Source: an uncultured Candidatus Odyssella sp.
GTDB taxonomy: Bacteria; Pseudomonadota; Alphaproteobacteria; Bin65
NCBI GenBank assembly: GCA_964624265.1
Contig: CAZUYG010000001.1
Location: 1-28,017 of the forward strand
DNA: 28,017 nucleotides
Reading direction: 5' to 3'
Position 1 is the first letter of the stretch; the number at the start of each line of letters is the position of its first letter. Both the position numbers and the translations under genes were made by a program. This document shows, one piece after another, positions 14,783 to 24,093 of this stretch. The notes under the pieces were generated by a model, which was not told where the DNA came from, searched no databases, and was given only the letters and a program-made list of their open reading frames with translations.

Positions 14783-16188
14783 GCCCGCGGCAGCTCGATT
14801 CGAAACTGCGCACCGCCCGTTTGGCCGGCCGGATCGGCCAGGCGCACGGTGCCGTTATGCGCATGCACGAGGTCGCGCACGATCGCAAGGCCCAGGCCGG
14901 TGCCGCCCTTGCGGCCGGCCGCGAAGGGCTCGAACAGGCGCTGGCGCAACTCGGGCGGAAAGCCGGGGCCGTCGTCGATCACGTCGATCACGGCGCCGTC
15001 CATGCCGGAGGGCAGCGGCCGCGCGGCGCGCACGGTCACGGTCTTGGCGCCGGCCTGGCAGGCGTTGCGGATCAGGTTGGTCGCGATGCGCTCGATCTCG
15101 CCGCGGTCGGCCTTCATCGGAAACGGCCGCGGCACGTCGTTGACGAGCGTCGTCGCCGGCGCCGCCGGTGCCAGCGCCTGGATCGTCTCGTCGACGAGCG
15201 CCGACAGGTCGAACGCCGCGATCTCGAGCTCGTGCTCCTGGCCGCGCGCGTATTCGAGCGTCTGCGCGCACAGCGCCACGGCGCGGTCGATCGCGCGCAC
15301 CAGCGTCGGCGCCACGCGGCGCACGCCGGGATCGGCGCTGTCGGCGATCCGGTCCGAGACGAGCTGCGCCGAAGACAGCGCGTTGCGGAGATCGTGGTTG
15401 ATCTTCGTGACCGCCGTGCCGAGCGCGGCCAGATGCTCGCGCTGGCGCAGCGCCGCGCGCAGCCCGATCAGCAGGTCGCGCAGCTCGCGCTCGGCGAAGC
15501 CGAGCTCGTCGCCGCGCGCGGAGGGGCGCATGAGCCGCGCCGTGTCCTCGGGCGCGTCGCGGAATTTCGCCATGCTTTCGGTCATGCGCCGCAGCGGTCG
15601 CACCATCAGCCAGTGCAGCGAAAGGAAGACGAGGCAGGCCGCGAAGATCGAGATCATCACCGAGAGCACGAGGATGCGCCCCGAGTAGGAGATCATGTCT
15701 TTCTGCAGCGGCCCTTCGAGCAGGAAGACTTCCAGCAGCACGCGTCCGTCCTGCGGCGACTGCTCGACGACGCGCACCGGCCCCGCTTTCGGCGCCGCCA
15801 GCGTCGCGAACGCGTTCCAGATCAGGCTGAAGAAGGTCGCCGCGCGAAGATCGTAGGTGGCGTCGATGTGCTCGGGCACTTCGCCGAGCGCCACGCGGCG
15901 CGGCTGGCCGTCCTGGAAGCGGATCACCGCCAGCACGCGCGCATGGCCGAGCAGCTTGTCGACCAGCTCGGGGCTGATTCCGGTGCGGGCCTCGGTGGCG
16001 GCGTCGATGGCGAGCGTCGCCAGATGCGCGTCAGCCACCGTGTCGCGCAGGGATTGCAGGCGGAAACGCGCGATCGACGGCACGTAGATGAAGATTTCCG
16101 CCAGCATCACGAACACGATCGTCCACAGCAGCAGGCGCGTGGTCAGGCTGCGTCGGATCGAAGGCGGGCGGGGGGCGGCGGCTGGCAT
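14779..16188 (-). CDS. Membrane HAMP-domain sensor histidine kinase (no adjacent response regulator)
   Basis: Two TM segments, HAMP (RPLRRM...DELG), H-box KINHDLRN, N/G boxes NLIRNA, DDGPG, GTGLGLAIV. Confidence 0.93.
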   Translation of the reverse strand: MPAAAPRPPSIRRSLTTRLLLWTIVFVMLAEIFIYVPSIARFRLQSLRDTVADAHLATLAIDAATEARTGISPELVDKLLGHARVLAVIRFQDGQPRRVALGEVPEHIDATYDLRAATFFSLIWNAFATLAAPKAGPVRVVEQSPQDGRVLLEVFLLEGPLQKDMISYSGRILVLSVMISIFAACLVFLSLHWLMVRPLRRMTESMAKFRDAPEDTARLMRPSARGDELGFAERELRDLLIGLRAALRQREHLAALGTAVTKINHDLRNALSSAQLVSDRIADSADPGVRRVAPTLVRAIDRAVALCAQTLEYARGQEHELEIAAFDLSALVDETIQALAPAAPATTLVNDVPRPFPMKADRGEIERIATNLIRNACQAGAKTVTVRAARPLPSGMDGAVIDVIDDGPGFPPELRQRLFEPFAAGRKGGTGLGLAIVRDLVHAHNGTVRLADPAGQTGGAQFRIELPRA

Positions 16189-16250
16189 CCGGAGTCCTCA
16201 GGCCGCCGAGTATATAGGCGCAGCGGTCGCGCGCGTCACTTGCGGGCGCC

Positions 16251-17015
16251 TCAACGGCCGGCGCGCGCCGCCTTGCGCGCCTGCAGCCGCTTCACCGCCA
16301 CCGGCAGCAGCGCCAGCAGCGCCAGGCCGAGAACCGGCAGGAGGACGTTCCATTCAACCACGATCGTGAGGTTGGGCGTTTCGCCGCGATCGAGCAGCGC
16401 GCCGAGGCCGCTGCCGACGCTGGCGAAGACGAGGCTGCCGGGAACGATCCCGATCAGCGTCGCCAGCGCGTAGGTGCGCAGCGGGACACCGCAGAACGCC
16501 GGCACGAGGTTCACGAGCCAGAACGGGAAGACCGGCACCAGCCTCAGCACGAGCAGGTAGCTGAAGGCGTCGCGACGGAAACCTTCCTCCATGCGCTTCA
16601 GCGCGCCGCCCGCCTTGGCCCGCAGCGCGTTGCCGAGCGCGGTGCGCGCGGCGAGGAACACGGCGATCGCCCCGAACGTGGCGCCGGCCACCGCGGCCGC
16701 GGCGCCGAACCACAGGCCGAACAGATAGCCGCCCACGATGGTGGCGAGCGCCCCGCCCGGTATCGAGAAGGCGGCCATCGCCGCATAGCCGGCGATATAG
16801 GCGATTCCGGCGAACAGGCCCCAGCGGCCGACCCAATCCATCAGCATGCCGCGATGGATGCGGATCGTCTCGAACGAAACGTGGCGATGCCAGCCGAGCG
16901 CGAAGAACGCGACGAGGCCGGCGCACAGAACCGCCAGCGGCAGGATCCGCAGCCACAGCGGCTTCGGCCGCGGCGCGGGCGGCGGATCTCGCGGGGGCGC
17001 TTGGTCGGCGCGCAT
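16251..17015 (-). CDS. TVP38/TMEM64 (VTT/DedA superfamily) membrane protein
   Basis: LTI.GGYLFG-like segment, GATFGA...F..AR, LRLVPVFPFWLVNL, TL.GIVPG..VF; start estimated at ATG 17015. Confidence 0.9.
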   Translation of the reverse strand: MRADQAPPRDPPPAPRPKPLWLRILPLAVLCAGLVAFFALGWHRHVSFETIRIHRGMLMDWVGRWGLFAGIAYIAGYAAMAAFSIPGGALATIVGGYLFGLWFGAAAAVAGATFGAIAVFLAARTALGNALRAKAGGALKRMEEGFRRDAFSYLLVLRLVPVFPFWLVNLVPAFCGVPLRTYALATLIGIVPGSLVFASVGSGLGALLDRGETPNLTIVVEWNVLLPVLGLALLALLPVAVKRLQARKAARAGR

Positions 17016-17205
17016 GGCGTCTGTCGTTCTCCGGTCGCCGCGATGCCGGCCGACGCTAGCACGGCAGCCGGGCGGGGCAGGAAGCAAGCTTGGCCCGCCG
17101 GGTTTCACGCTCGCGTGACGCCGCGCGGCCGGGGCGAGGCGGAACGCGCGCCGCCGCAAGGGGCTTAGCCCTTGGCACGGCGTCGTTTTGGCGGCATAGG
17201 CCGCA

Positions 17206-17235
17206 TTGACTTGGCCGAACCGGCCCCCGTATAGA
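17206..17235 (+). promoter_or_regulatory. Sigma70-type promoter of the rpmH operon
   Basis: TTGACT (17206-17211)-N18-TATAGA (17230-17235) in the divergent intergenic region. Confidence 0.6.
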
Positions 17236-17355
17236 GGCCCCGCCTAGCGCGTTATCCCACGAAACCGGAACGCCGATCGCCGCGTAGCGGTGATGCGTTG
17301 CGGCTGTTTTCGTTGTGGGCGCGGGTCCTGTTTCCACGCCATCCGGAGTGTTCCC

Positions 17356-17493
17356 GTGCCGAAACGTACCTATCAACCCAGCAAGCTGGTCCGCAAGCGC
17401 CGCCACGGTTTCCGCGCCCGCATGGCGACGAAGGGCGGACAAAAAGTGCTCTCGCGCCGCCGCGCCAAGGGCCGCAAGCGTCTGTCGGTCTAG
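17356..17493 (+). CDS. rpmH: 50S ribosomal protein L34
   Basis: (M)[44 protein letters not shown]; ggag RBS, GTG start. Confidence 0.98.
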   Translation: MPKRTYQPSKLVRKRRHGFRARMATKGGQKVLSRRRAKGRKRLSV

Positions 17494-17495
17494 CG

Positions 17496-17918
17496 ATGGC
17501 CGGCGCCCGGCGGGCGCTCACCACCCTGGCCAAGCGCGCGGATTTCCTGCGCGTCGCCGGCCGGGGAACGAAGTGGGCGACGGCCGGGCTCGTGTTGCAG
17601 GCCTGTCCCCGGAGCGCCGAGCGCGCGCCGGGCGCGGGCCAGTCCGGAGCGAATGTGAACGAAGCGCAAGCGATCCGCGTCGGCTTCACGGCCAGCAAGA
17701 AAGTGGGTGGCGCCGTCGTCCGCAATCGCGCGCGCCGCCGCCTGCGCGCGCTCGCGCGCGAGGTGCTCGCCGCCGAGGCCGCACCCGGGCACGACTACGT
17801 GCTGATCGCGCGCGCGGAAACCGCGACGCGCGACTACGCGGCGCTGCGCGGCGACATGCGCTTCGCGCTGAAGCGCCTGCGCCTGCTGCAGAAGCAGACC
17901 GAAGGGCCGCGTCCATGA
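17496..17918 (+). CDS. rnpA: Ribonuclease P protein component
   Basis: [32 protein letters not shown] (RNR motif), DYVLIAR. Confidence 0.97.
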   Translation: MAGARRALTTLAKRADFLRVAGRGTKWATAGLVLQACPRSAERAPGAGQSGANVNEAQAIRVGFTASKKVGGAVVRNRARRRLRALAREVLAAEAAPGHDYVLIARAETATRDYAALRGDMRFALKRLRLLQKQTEGPRP

Positions 17919-18202
17919 GCCCGCTGGCGCATCTGTTCCGCGGCTTCGTGCGCGCCTACCAGCTCGTCTTGTCGCCGCTGCTGGGGCGGCAATGCCGTTT
18001 CCTGCCCACCTGCTCGCACTACGCGATGGAAGCGCTCGAGCGTCACGGCGCCATGAAGGGCGGCTGGCTCGCGTTCCGCCGCATTCTGCGCTGCCATCCT
18101 TTTGCCGCGGCGGGCTACGACCCTGTGCCACCCGCAGGCCCTGTGCCTCCCGCAGGACCCACCACGCCCGCCGCGCCGGCCGGGCACCGCCGTTTGCCTT
18201 AG
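17915..18202 (+). CDS. yidD: Membrane protein insertion efficiency factor
   Basis: YQLVLSP...[13 protein letters not shown]...HG..KG.WL...RILRCHP...GYDPVP; ATGA overlap with rnpA. Confidence 0.96.
   Translation: MSPLAHLFRGFVRAYQLVLSPLLGRQCRFLPTCSHYAMEALERHGAMKGGWLAFRRILRCHPFAAAGYDPVPPAGPVPPAGPTTPAAPAGHRRLP
18121..18156 (+). repeat. 18-bp tandem duplication in the yidD 3' end
   Basis: ccctgtgccacccgcagg / ccctgtgcctcccgcagg (17/18 identical), encoding PVPPAG twice. Confidence 0.8.
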
Positions 18203-18211
18203 CGAGAGACC

Positions 18212-20104
18212 ATGGGCGACCAGAAGAACCTGATCCTCGCCATCGTGCTGTCGGTCGCGATCATTCTCGCGTTCCAGCTCGTGATTTCGCCGCCGCAACG
18301 GCCGGCCTCGCCGCAGGCGACGACGACGCCCGCCGGTCCCGCGACACCGGGAACGCCAGGAACGCCCGGCGCGGCGCCGCCGCCCGCGACGCCGCCGCAG
18401 GGAACGCTGCCGACGACGCCGGGCACCGTGCCGCCGGGCGCGCCGCCGAAGGCCGCCTCGCGCGAGGACATTTTGAAAGCCGTGCCGCGCGTGCCGATCG
18501 ACGCCAAGCGCGTCACCGGATCGATCTCGCTGAAGGGCGGCGTGCTCGACGACGTGACGCTGCGCGACTACCGCGAATCCGTGAAGAAGAACGCGGCCAG
18601 CATCCACATCCTCAATCCGGCCGCCGCGGGCAAGGCGGGGAAGGCGTATTACGTCGTGTTCGGCTGGCAGCCCGTGGCCGGCGCCAAGCCGGTGACGCTG
18701 CCCGACGAAAACGCGCTGTGGCAGGCCGAAGGCGGCCCGCTCGCGCCCGGCAAGCCGGTCACGCTCACCTGGACCAACCCGCAGGGCCTGAAATTCGTCC
18801 GCCGCTTCGATATCGACAACGACTACCTCGTCACCGTGCACGAGACGGTCGAGAACGCCGGCGGCGAGCCGGTTCAAATCGCGCCCTATTCGATCGCCAA
18901 GCTCGTCGGCGAGCCCAAGGGGCTCGGCTTCTTCATCCTGCACGAAGGCCCGATCGCCGTATTCCGCAAGACGGCGGACGACGGCGCGGTGATCCACGAT
19001 CCGAACTACAAGGACCTGCGCGAGAAGAGCGAAGAGCAGACCAGCTACGGCGGCTGGCTGGGCTTCACCGATCACTACTGGCTCGTGGCGCTGATTCCGC
19101 AGCAGGACAAGGCCCAGCGCGTCGCCTACACGCACGAAAAGGCGACCGACACCTACAACGCCTTCTACGTCGGCGAAACGCGCACGATCGCGCCCGGCGG
19201 AAAGGCCGAGGCCACCCACCGCGTCTTCGCCGGCGCCAAGGAAGTCGACCTCCTGCGCCGCTACGGCGAAGAGCTCAAGGTCGAGAAATTCGATTGGGCG
19301 ATCGATTTCGGCTGGTTCTGGTTCTTCACCAAGCCGTTCCTGTTCGCGCTCAAGTGGATCTACGGCATCGTCGGCAATTTCGGCATCGCGATCCTGATCC
19401 TCACGATCGTCGTGAAGCTCCTGTTCTTCCCGCTCGCGAACAAGAGCTACAAGAGCATGAGCCAGATGAAGAAGCTCTCGCCCGAAATCCAGCGGCTGCG
19501 CGAGCGCTACAAGGACGACAAGGCGACGCTGAACCAGGAGATGATGAAGCTCTACAAGAAAGAGCGCATCAATCCGGCCGCGGGCTGCTTGCCGATCCTG
19601 CTGCAGATTCCCGTCTTCTTCGCGCTCTACAAGGTTCTGTTCGTGGCGATCGAGATGCGCCACGCGCCGTTCTTCGGCTGGATCCAGGATCTTTCCGCGC
19701 CGGATCCCACGTCGATCCTCAATCTGTTCGGCTTGCTGCCGTGGGCGGTGCCCGATCCGTCGAGCTATCTCCATTTCATCAGCATCGGCGTCTGGCCGCT
19801 CATCATGGGCGCCACGATGTGGCTCCAGCACAAGCTCAACCCGTCGCCCCCCGACCCGATCCAGGCCAAGGTGTTCGCCTGGATGCCGGTGATCTTCACG
19901 ATCATGCTGGCGAGCTTCCCGGCCGGCCTCGTCATCTACTGGGCGTGGAACAACGTGCTGTCGATCGGCCAGCAATGGCTGATCATGAAGAAATCCGGCG
20001 CCATCGGCGCGCCGCCGCCGTCCGCGGTGCCGCGCAACATCAAGGAGCTCGAGGCGCGCAAGGCCGCGAAGTCCGCCGCGGCGAAGGAAAAGGCGGGGGG
20101 CTGA
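18212..20104 (+). CDS. yidC: Membrane protein insertase YidC
   Basis: MGDQKNLILAIVLS, GWLGFTDHYW, IDFGWFWF.TKP, GNFG.AI..LT..VK, INPAAGCLP.LLQIPVFFALY, FPAGLVIYWAWNN. Confidence 0.98.
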   Translation: MGDQKNLILAIVLSVAIILAFQLVISPPQRPASPQATTTPAGPATPGTPGTPGAAPPPATPPQGTLPTTPGTVPPGAPPKAASREDILKAVPRVPIDAKRVTGSISLKGGVLDDVTLRDYRESVKKNAASIHILNPAAAGKAGKAYYVVFGWQPVAGAKPVTLPDENALWQAEGGPLAPGKPVTLTWTNPQGLKFVRRFDIDNDYLVTVHETVENAGGEPVQIAPYSIAKLVGEPKGLGFFILHEGPIAVFRKTADDGAVIHDPNYKDLREKSEEQTSYGGWLGFTDHYWLVALIPQQDKAQRVAYTHEKATDTYNAFYVGETRTIAPGGKAEATHRVFAGAKEVDLLRRYGEELKVEKFDWAIDFGWFWFFTKPFLFALKWIYGIVGNFGIAILILTIVVKLLFFPLANKSYKSMSQMKKLSPEIQRLRERYKDDKATLNQEMMKLYKKERINPAAGCLPILLQIPVFFALYKVLFVAIEMRHAPFFGWIQDLSAPDPTSILNLFGLLPWAVPDPSSYLHFISIGVWPLIMGATMWLQHKLNPSPPDPIQAKVFAWMPVIFTIMLASFPAGLVIYWAWNNVLSIGQQWLIMKKSGAIGAPPPSAVPRNIKELEARKAAKSAAAKEKAGG

Positions 20105-20187
20105 CCCGGCAGCCCAGGGGTTCAGACAGGCTCTGCCGTTCTCATGCGCTCGATTGCGGGGATGGCGGGAGCGGGAGGCGATCCTGA

Positions 20188-20733
20188 ATGAGGCCGATCC
20201 GCGTCGTTGCCCTGTGCGCGTTCGCGCTTGCTGCGTCGATCTCGGCGGCGGCCGCGCAATCGAACCCGGCGGGCCGCAACAATCCCTGCGATTTCATGGA
20301 AGCGCCGTTTCCGCTCACCGATGCGAACCGTCTCGACGACCGGCGCCTCGCCGAACGGTTCGACGGCAAGACCTTCGTCGTCCAGCGGCGCCTGATCCAG
20401 AACCTGCCGCCGCCGCGAAAGCGGTCGTTCGAGCGGGTCATGTCGTTCTTCTTTCGCTCGGACCAATCGCTGCGCATGACCTGCCAGCACCGGAAGTCGC
20501 CCGGCAGCGCTCTGCTGCCGTGCGAACAATTCGGCCCGAGCGCTTCGCCCAGTGCCGCGAATGCGACCGACATCGCGGTCTGGCGCATTCGCGGCGGGCG
20601 CATCTGCTGGCAGCGGACCAAGAACGAGAGCGAGATGTGCTTTTTCGTGCACGAGACGGGCGGCCGGGGCTATGTGCGGCTCGATGGCGGCCGGCGCGTG
20701 AGCTGCTTCGAGGGAGAGATTTCGTTCCAATGA
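20188..20733 (+). CDS. Secreted Cys-rich hypothetical protein
   Basis: Sec signal ending AAAA-Q; six Cys in the mature part; beta-strand-like WRIRGGRICW...CFFV. Confidence 0.75.
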   Translation: MRPIRVVALCAFALAASISAAAAQSNPAGRNNPCDFMEAPFPLTDANRLDDRRLAERFDGKTFVVQRRLIQNLPPPRKRSFERVMSFFFRSDQSLRMTCQHRKSPGSALLPCEQFGPSASPSAANATDIAVWRIRGGRICWQRTKNESEMCFFVHETGGRGYVRLDGGRRVSCFEGEISFQ

Positions 20734-20827
20734 ATCGGTGCCGCATGCTGGAGCGCCGATCGCGATTCTCGTCGCCGTGCGCCGGCGCGGCCGAGCCGCC
20801 GCGCGTTTTCGAGCGCGGAGGGCCGGC

Positions 20828-21469
20828 GTGAGCCCGTCTGGCTTCACGGCGGAGGCGCTGGAAGCCGGGCGCAAGCTGTTCGCGCAGGAGTGCCGCTTCG
20901 TCCTCGGCGTGGCGAAAGAAGCGCAGCTGCCGACGCCCGGCCGTCCCGAGATCGCCTTCGCCGGCCGTTCCAACGTCGGCAAGTCGAGCCTTCTGAACGC
21001 CCTCACGGGGCGCAAGAATCTGGCGCGCGTATCGGGCACGCCGGGCGCCACGCGCCAGCTCAACTTCTTCGATCTCGGCGGGCGGGCCTATCTCGTCGAT
21101 CTGCCCGGCTACGGCTTCGCGCGCGCCGGGAAGGGCGACATCGCGGAATGGAACGCGCTGATCCGCGCCTATCTGCGCGGCCGCGCCAATCTCCGCCGGC
21201 TTTGCCTGCTGATCGACGCGCGCCGCGGCGTCGGCGATGCGGACCGGAAGATCATGGCGCTGCTCGACGAGGCCGCGCAATCCTACCAGCTGGTGCTCAC
21301 GAAAACCGACAAGCTGCCGGAGAAGGCGCTGGCCGCCGTCGTGGGCGCGCTGGAGGCCGAAACGGCGGGGCGCGGCGCCTGCCATCCCGCGGTGCTCGCC
21401 ACCAGCGCCGAAACCGGCGGCGGCATTGCGGAGCTGCGCGCCGCGCTTGCCGCCGTCATTTTCGCCTAA
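20828..21469 (+). CDS. engB: Ribosome biogenesis GTPase EngB/YihA/YsxC
   Basis: EIAFAGRSNVGKSSL, S.TPGATRQLNFF, DLPGYGFA, LTKTDK; start estimated at GTG 20828. Confidence 0.96.
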   Translation: MSPSGFTAEALEAGRKLFAQECRFVLGVAKEAQLPTPGRPEIAFAGRSNVGKSSLLNALTGRKNLARVSGTPGATRQLNFFDLGGRAYLVDLPGYGFARAGKGDIAEWNALIRAYLRGRANLRRLCLLIDARRGVGDADRKIMALLDEAAQSYQLVLTKTDKLPEKALAAVVGALEAETAGRGACHPAVLATSAETGGGIAELRAALAAVIFA

Positions 21470-21651
21470 CACGGCCCAAGGAAATTTACGGAGGCCAACC
21501 CCGCGCATCGTGCGATGGCGCTTGCGGCCGCGCTCGCCTATGTTGCGGCGCGAGGGAGCACGCATGATCCGATCCTGTTTACATCCGCGCGCGCGGCCGC
21601 GCTCCGGCGTGCCGTTCCGCGCGCCGGCGGCGAAGGAGCCGCGGCCCTAGC

Positions 21652-22434
21652 ATGGCGCTGCTCGAGGTCCGTGAACTCGACAAGGTGTTCCGCCGCGGCG
21701 CGCGCGCGGTGCAGGCGATCGACCGCTTTTCGCTCAGCGTGGAGGAGGGCGAGTTCGTCGCCATCGTCGGCCCGTCCGGCTGCGGCAAGAGCACGTTCCT
21801 GCACATTCTCGGCGGCTTCGAGCCGCACGACGGCGGCACGATGCTGCTCAACGGCGCGCCGGTGAAGGGGCCGGGGCCCGATCGCGGCATGCTGTTCCAG
21901 GAATTCGCGCTCTATCCGTGGCGCTCGGTGATCGGCAACGTCGCCTGGGGCCTCGAAGTGCAGGGCAAGCCCAAGGCCGAGCGCATCGCGGCCGCCGAGC
22001 GCTACCTGAAGCTCGTCGGCCTCTCGGCATTCCGCGATGCGTATCCCGCCGAGCTGTCCGGCGGCATGAAGCAGCGCGTGGCGCTCGCGCGCGTGCTCGC
22101 CTTCGAGCCGCGCATCCTGCTGATGGACGAGCCGTTCGGCGCGCTCGATGCGCAGACGCGCGAGCTGATGCAGGAAGAGCTCAACGCGATCTGGCAACAG
22201 ACCCGCAATACGGTGCTGTTCGTCACCCACGACATCGACGAGGCGATCTATCTCGCCGACCGCGTGGTGGTGTTCACCGCGCGGCCGGGCCGCATCAAGG
22301 ACGAGATCACGGTCGATCTCGAGCGCCCGCGCCGGGCCGACGTGCGGAAATCCGCGGAATACATGGCCTATCGCAACCGCGTGTGGGATTCGCTGCGCGA
22401 GGAAGTGCTGAAGGCGCGCGAGGAGTTCAAATGA
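21652..22434 (+). CDS. ABC ATP-binding protein, NitT/TauT (TauB/SsuB-like)
   Basis: GPSGCGKST, LSGGMKQR, ILLMDEPFGALDAQTR, FVTHDIDEA.YLADR. Confidence 0.95.
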   Translation: MALLEVRELDKVFRRGARAVQAIDRFSLSVEEGEFVAIVGPSGCGKSTFLHILGGFEPHDGGTMLLNGAPVKGPGPDRGMLFQEFALYPWRSVIGNVAWGLEVQGKPKAERIAAAERYLKLVGLSAFRDAYPAELSGGMKQRVALARVLAFEPRILLMDEPFGALDAQTRELMQEELNAIWQQTRNTVLFVTHDIDEAIYLADRVVVFTARPGRIKDEITVDLERPRRADVRKSAEYMAYRNRVWDSLREEVLKAREEFK

Positions 22435-23237
22435 GCGCGGCCGCGCCGCGGCGCGCCGCCCCCTTCTCGCGCACGCGCCGCGCGGCGCTCGGCCTCGTGT
22501 TGCCGCTGGCGGCGCTGGTGGCGTGGGAGGTTTCGGCGCGCATCGGCGACGTGCCGAGCTATCTCGTGGCGCCGAGCGTCATCTTCGCCACGACGTGGGA
22601 GATGCTGGCGAGCGGGGAGCTCTGGCAGCATACCAGCGTCAGCCTCGTGCGCGCGCTCGGCGGCTACGCGATCGGCGGCGCGTGCGGCATCGCCATGGGG
22701 CTGCTGGCCGGAATCGCGCGGCCGGTCGAGCGGTTCTACGATCCCATCGTCTCGCTCACCTATCCGGTGCCGAAGATCGTGGTGCTGCCGATCCTGATCG
22801 CGTGGCTCGGCGCCGGCGACGCCTCGAAGATCGCGGTCATCACCGCCGCCGTCTTCTATCCCACCTTCATCAATTCGCTCTACGGCGCCAAGGGCGTGAA
22901 CAGGATCTATGTGTGGAGCGCGCGGAACATGGGCGCGGGGCCCTTGCGCGTGTTCGCCAAGGTCATCCTGCCGGCCGCGTTGCCGCAGGTCTTGGCCGGC
23001 CTGCGCATCGGCCTGGCGCTCGCCTTCATCGTCATGGTCGCGTGCGAGATGCAGAATTCGCGCAGCGGCCTCGGCCACCTCATCATCACCGCCGAAGACA
23101 GCCTGCGCTTCGATCTCATGTACGCCTCGATCATCGCGATCGCGATCATCGGCTTCGCCGGCGACCGGCTGCTGCTCTGGCTGCGCCGCCGCGCGCTCGC
23201 CGGGCAGACGATCGGGAAGGAGGGCGCCCATGGCTGA
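22431..23237 (+). CDS. ABC permease, NitT/TauT (SsuC/TauC-like)
   Basis: P.PKI..LP....W.G; ARNMGA...VILPAALP EAA region; SGLG; ATGA coupling to the ATPase gene. Confidence 0.92.
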   Translation: MSAAAPRRAAPFSRTRRAALGLVLPLAALVAWEVSARIGDVPSYLVAPSVIFATTWEMLASGELWQHTSVSLVRALGGYAIGGACGIAMGLLAGIARPVERFYDPIVSLTYPVPKIVVLPILIAWLGAGDASKIAVITAAVFYPTFINSLYGAKGVNRIYVWSARNMGAGPLRVFAKVILPAALPQVLAGLRIGLALAFIVMVACEMQNSRSGLGHLIITAEDSLRFDLMYASIIAIAIIGFAGDRLLLWLRRRALAGQTIGKEGAHG

Positions 23238-24009
23238 TGCCCTGCTGCGCGCCGCCGCGCGCTGGTATCCGGTTCCGCTCGTGCTCGCGATCTGGGAAGT
23301 GCTCTCGCGCACGGGCGCCGTCTCGAAGCGGCTGATGCCCAGCCTCGTCGAGATCGCCGTGGCCGTGTGGGCGGCGCTCGAGAACGGCGATCTGCTGTTC
23401 CACGCCAGTATCTCGCTCGGCCGCGCGGCCATGGGCTATGCGCTGGCGATCGCGGCGGGCATTCTGCTTGGCGTGGCGATGGCCCGCTCCCGCCTGTTCG
23501 ATGCGCTGTTCGAGCCGCTGTTCAGCTTCGGCTATCCGGTGCCGAAGATCGCGCTCTATCCGGTGTTCATCTTCGCGTTCGGCCTCGGCTCGCTCTCGAA
23601 GGTCATGCTGATCTTCCTCGAGTGCCTTTATCCGATCACGGTGAACGCGTTCTACGGCATGCGCGGCGTCGATCGCGTGCACGTCTGGGCGGCGCAGAAC
23701 ATGGGCGCTACGCCGCGGCAGATTTTCTGGCGCGTGCTGCTGCCGGGCGCGGCGCCCTCGATCTTCGCGGGCCTGCGCGTGGCGCTGCCGATCTCGCTCA
23801 TCGTCGTGATCATCACCGAGATGATCGGCGAAAGCCGCGGCCTCGGCTATTACATCAGCTACGCCTCGGCCTCGTTCGAATATGCCACCGCCTTTGCCGG
23901 CGTCGCGGCCGTGGCGATCATCGGCTTCACGCTCGACCGGCTGCTCGTCTGGCTGCGCAACCGCCTGATCTTCTGGGAGCGCGGCGCCGCGTTCATCGGC
24001 GCGGCGTAG
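23230..24009 (+). CDS. Second ABC permease, NitT/TauT family
   Basis: YPVPKIALYP, AAQNMGA...VLLPGAAPSI..GLR, EMIG...GLG; overlaps the previous stop. Confidence 0.92.
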   Translation: MADALLRAAARWYPVPLVLAIWEVLSRTGAVSKRLMPSLVEIAVAVWAALENGDLLFHASISLGRAAMGYALAIAAGILLGVAMARSRLFDALFEPLFSFGYPVPKIALYPVFIFAFGLGSLSKVMLIFLECLYPITVNAFYGMRGVDRVHVWAAQNMGATPRQIFWRVLLPGAAPSIFAGLRVALPISLIVVIITEMIGESRGLGYYISYASASFEYATAFAGVAAVAIIGFTLDRLLVWLRNRLIFWERGAAFIGAA

Positions 24010-24093
24010 GCCGGCCGCCGGCGCTACAGATCTTAGACTATCGCGCGGGTTCCGCCCGTGGTCGATGCGCGGGTTTCCGGAAGGTTGCCCGCC

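Noticed and set aside
14156-16473. Two long plus-strand ORFs (510 and 550 aa)
   Set aside because: Antisense to panC and the histidine kinase.
18300-18460. PGTPGTPG / Pro-Thr-rich repeats in YidC
   Set aside because: The variable linker after TM1 of YidC is commonly low-complexity; not a CRISPR or mobile repeat.
17834-20187. 713-aa minus and 731-aa plus ORFs over yidC
   Set aside because: Antisense and off-frame shadows of yidC/yidD.
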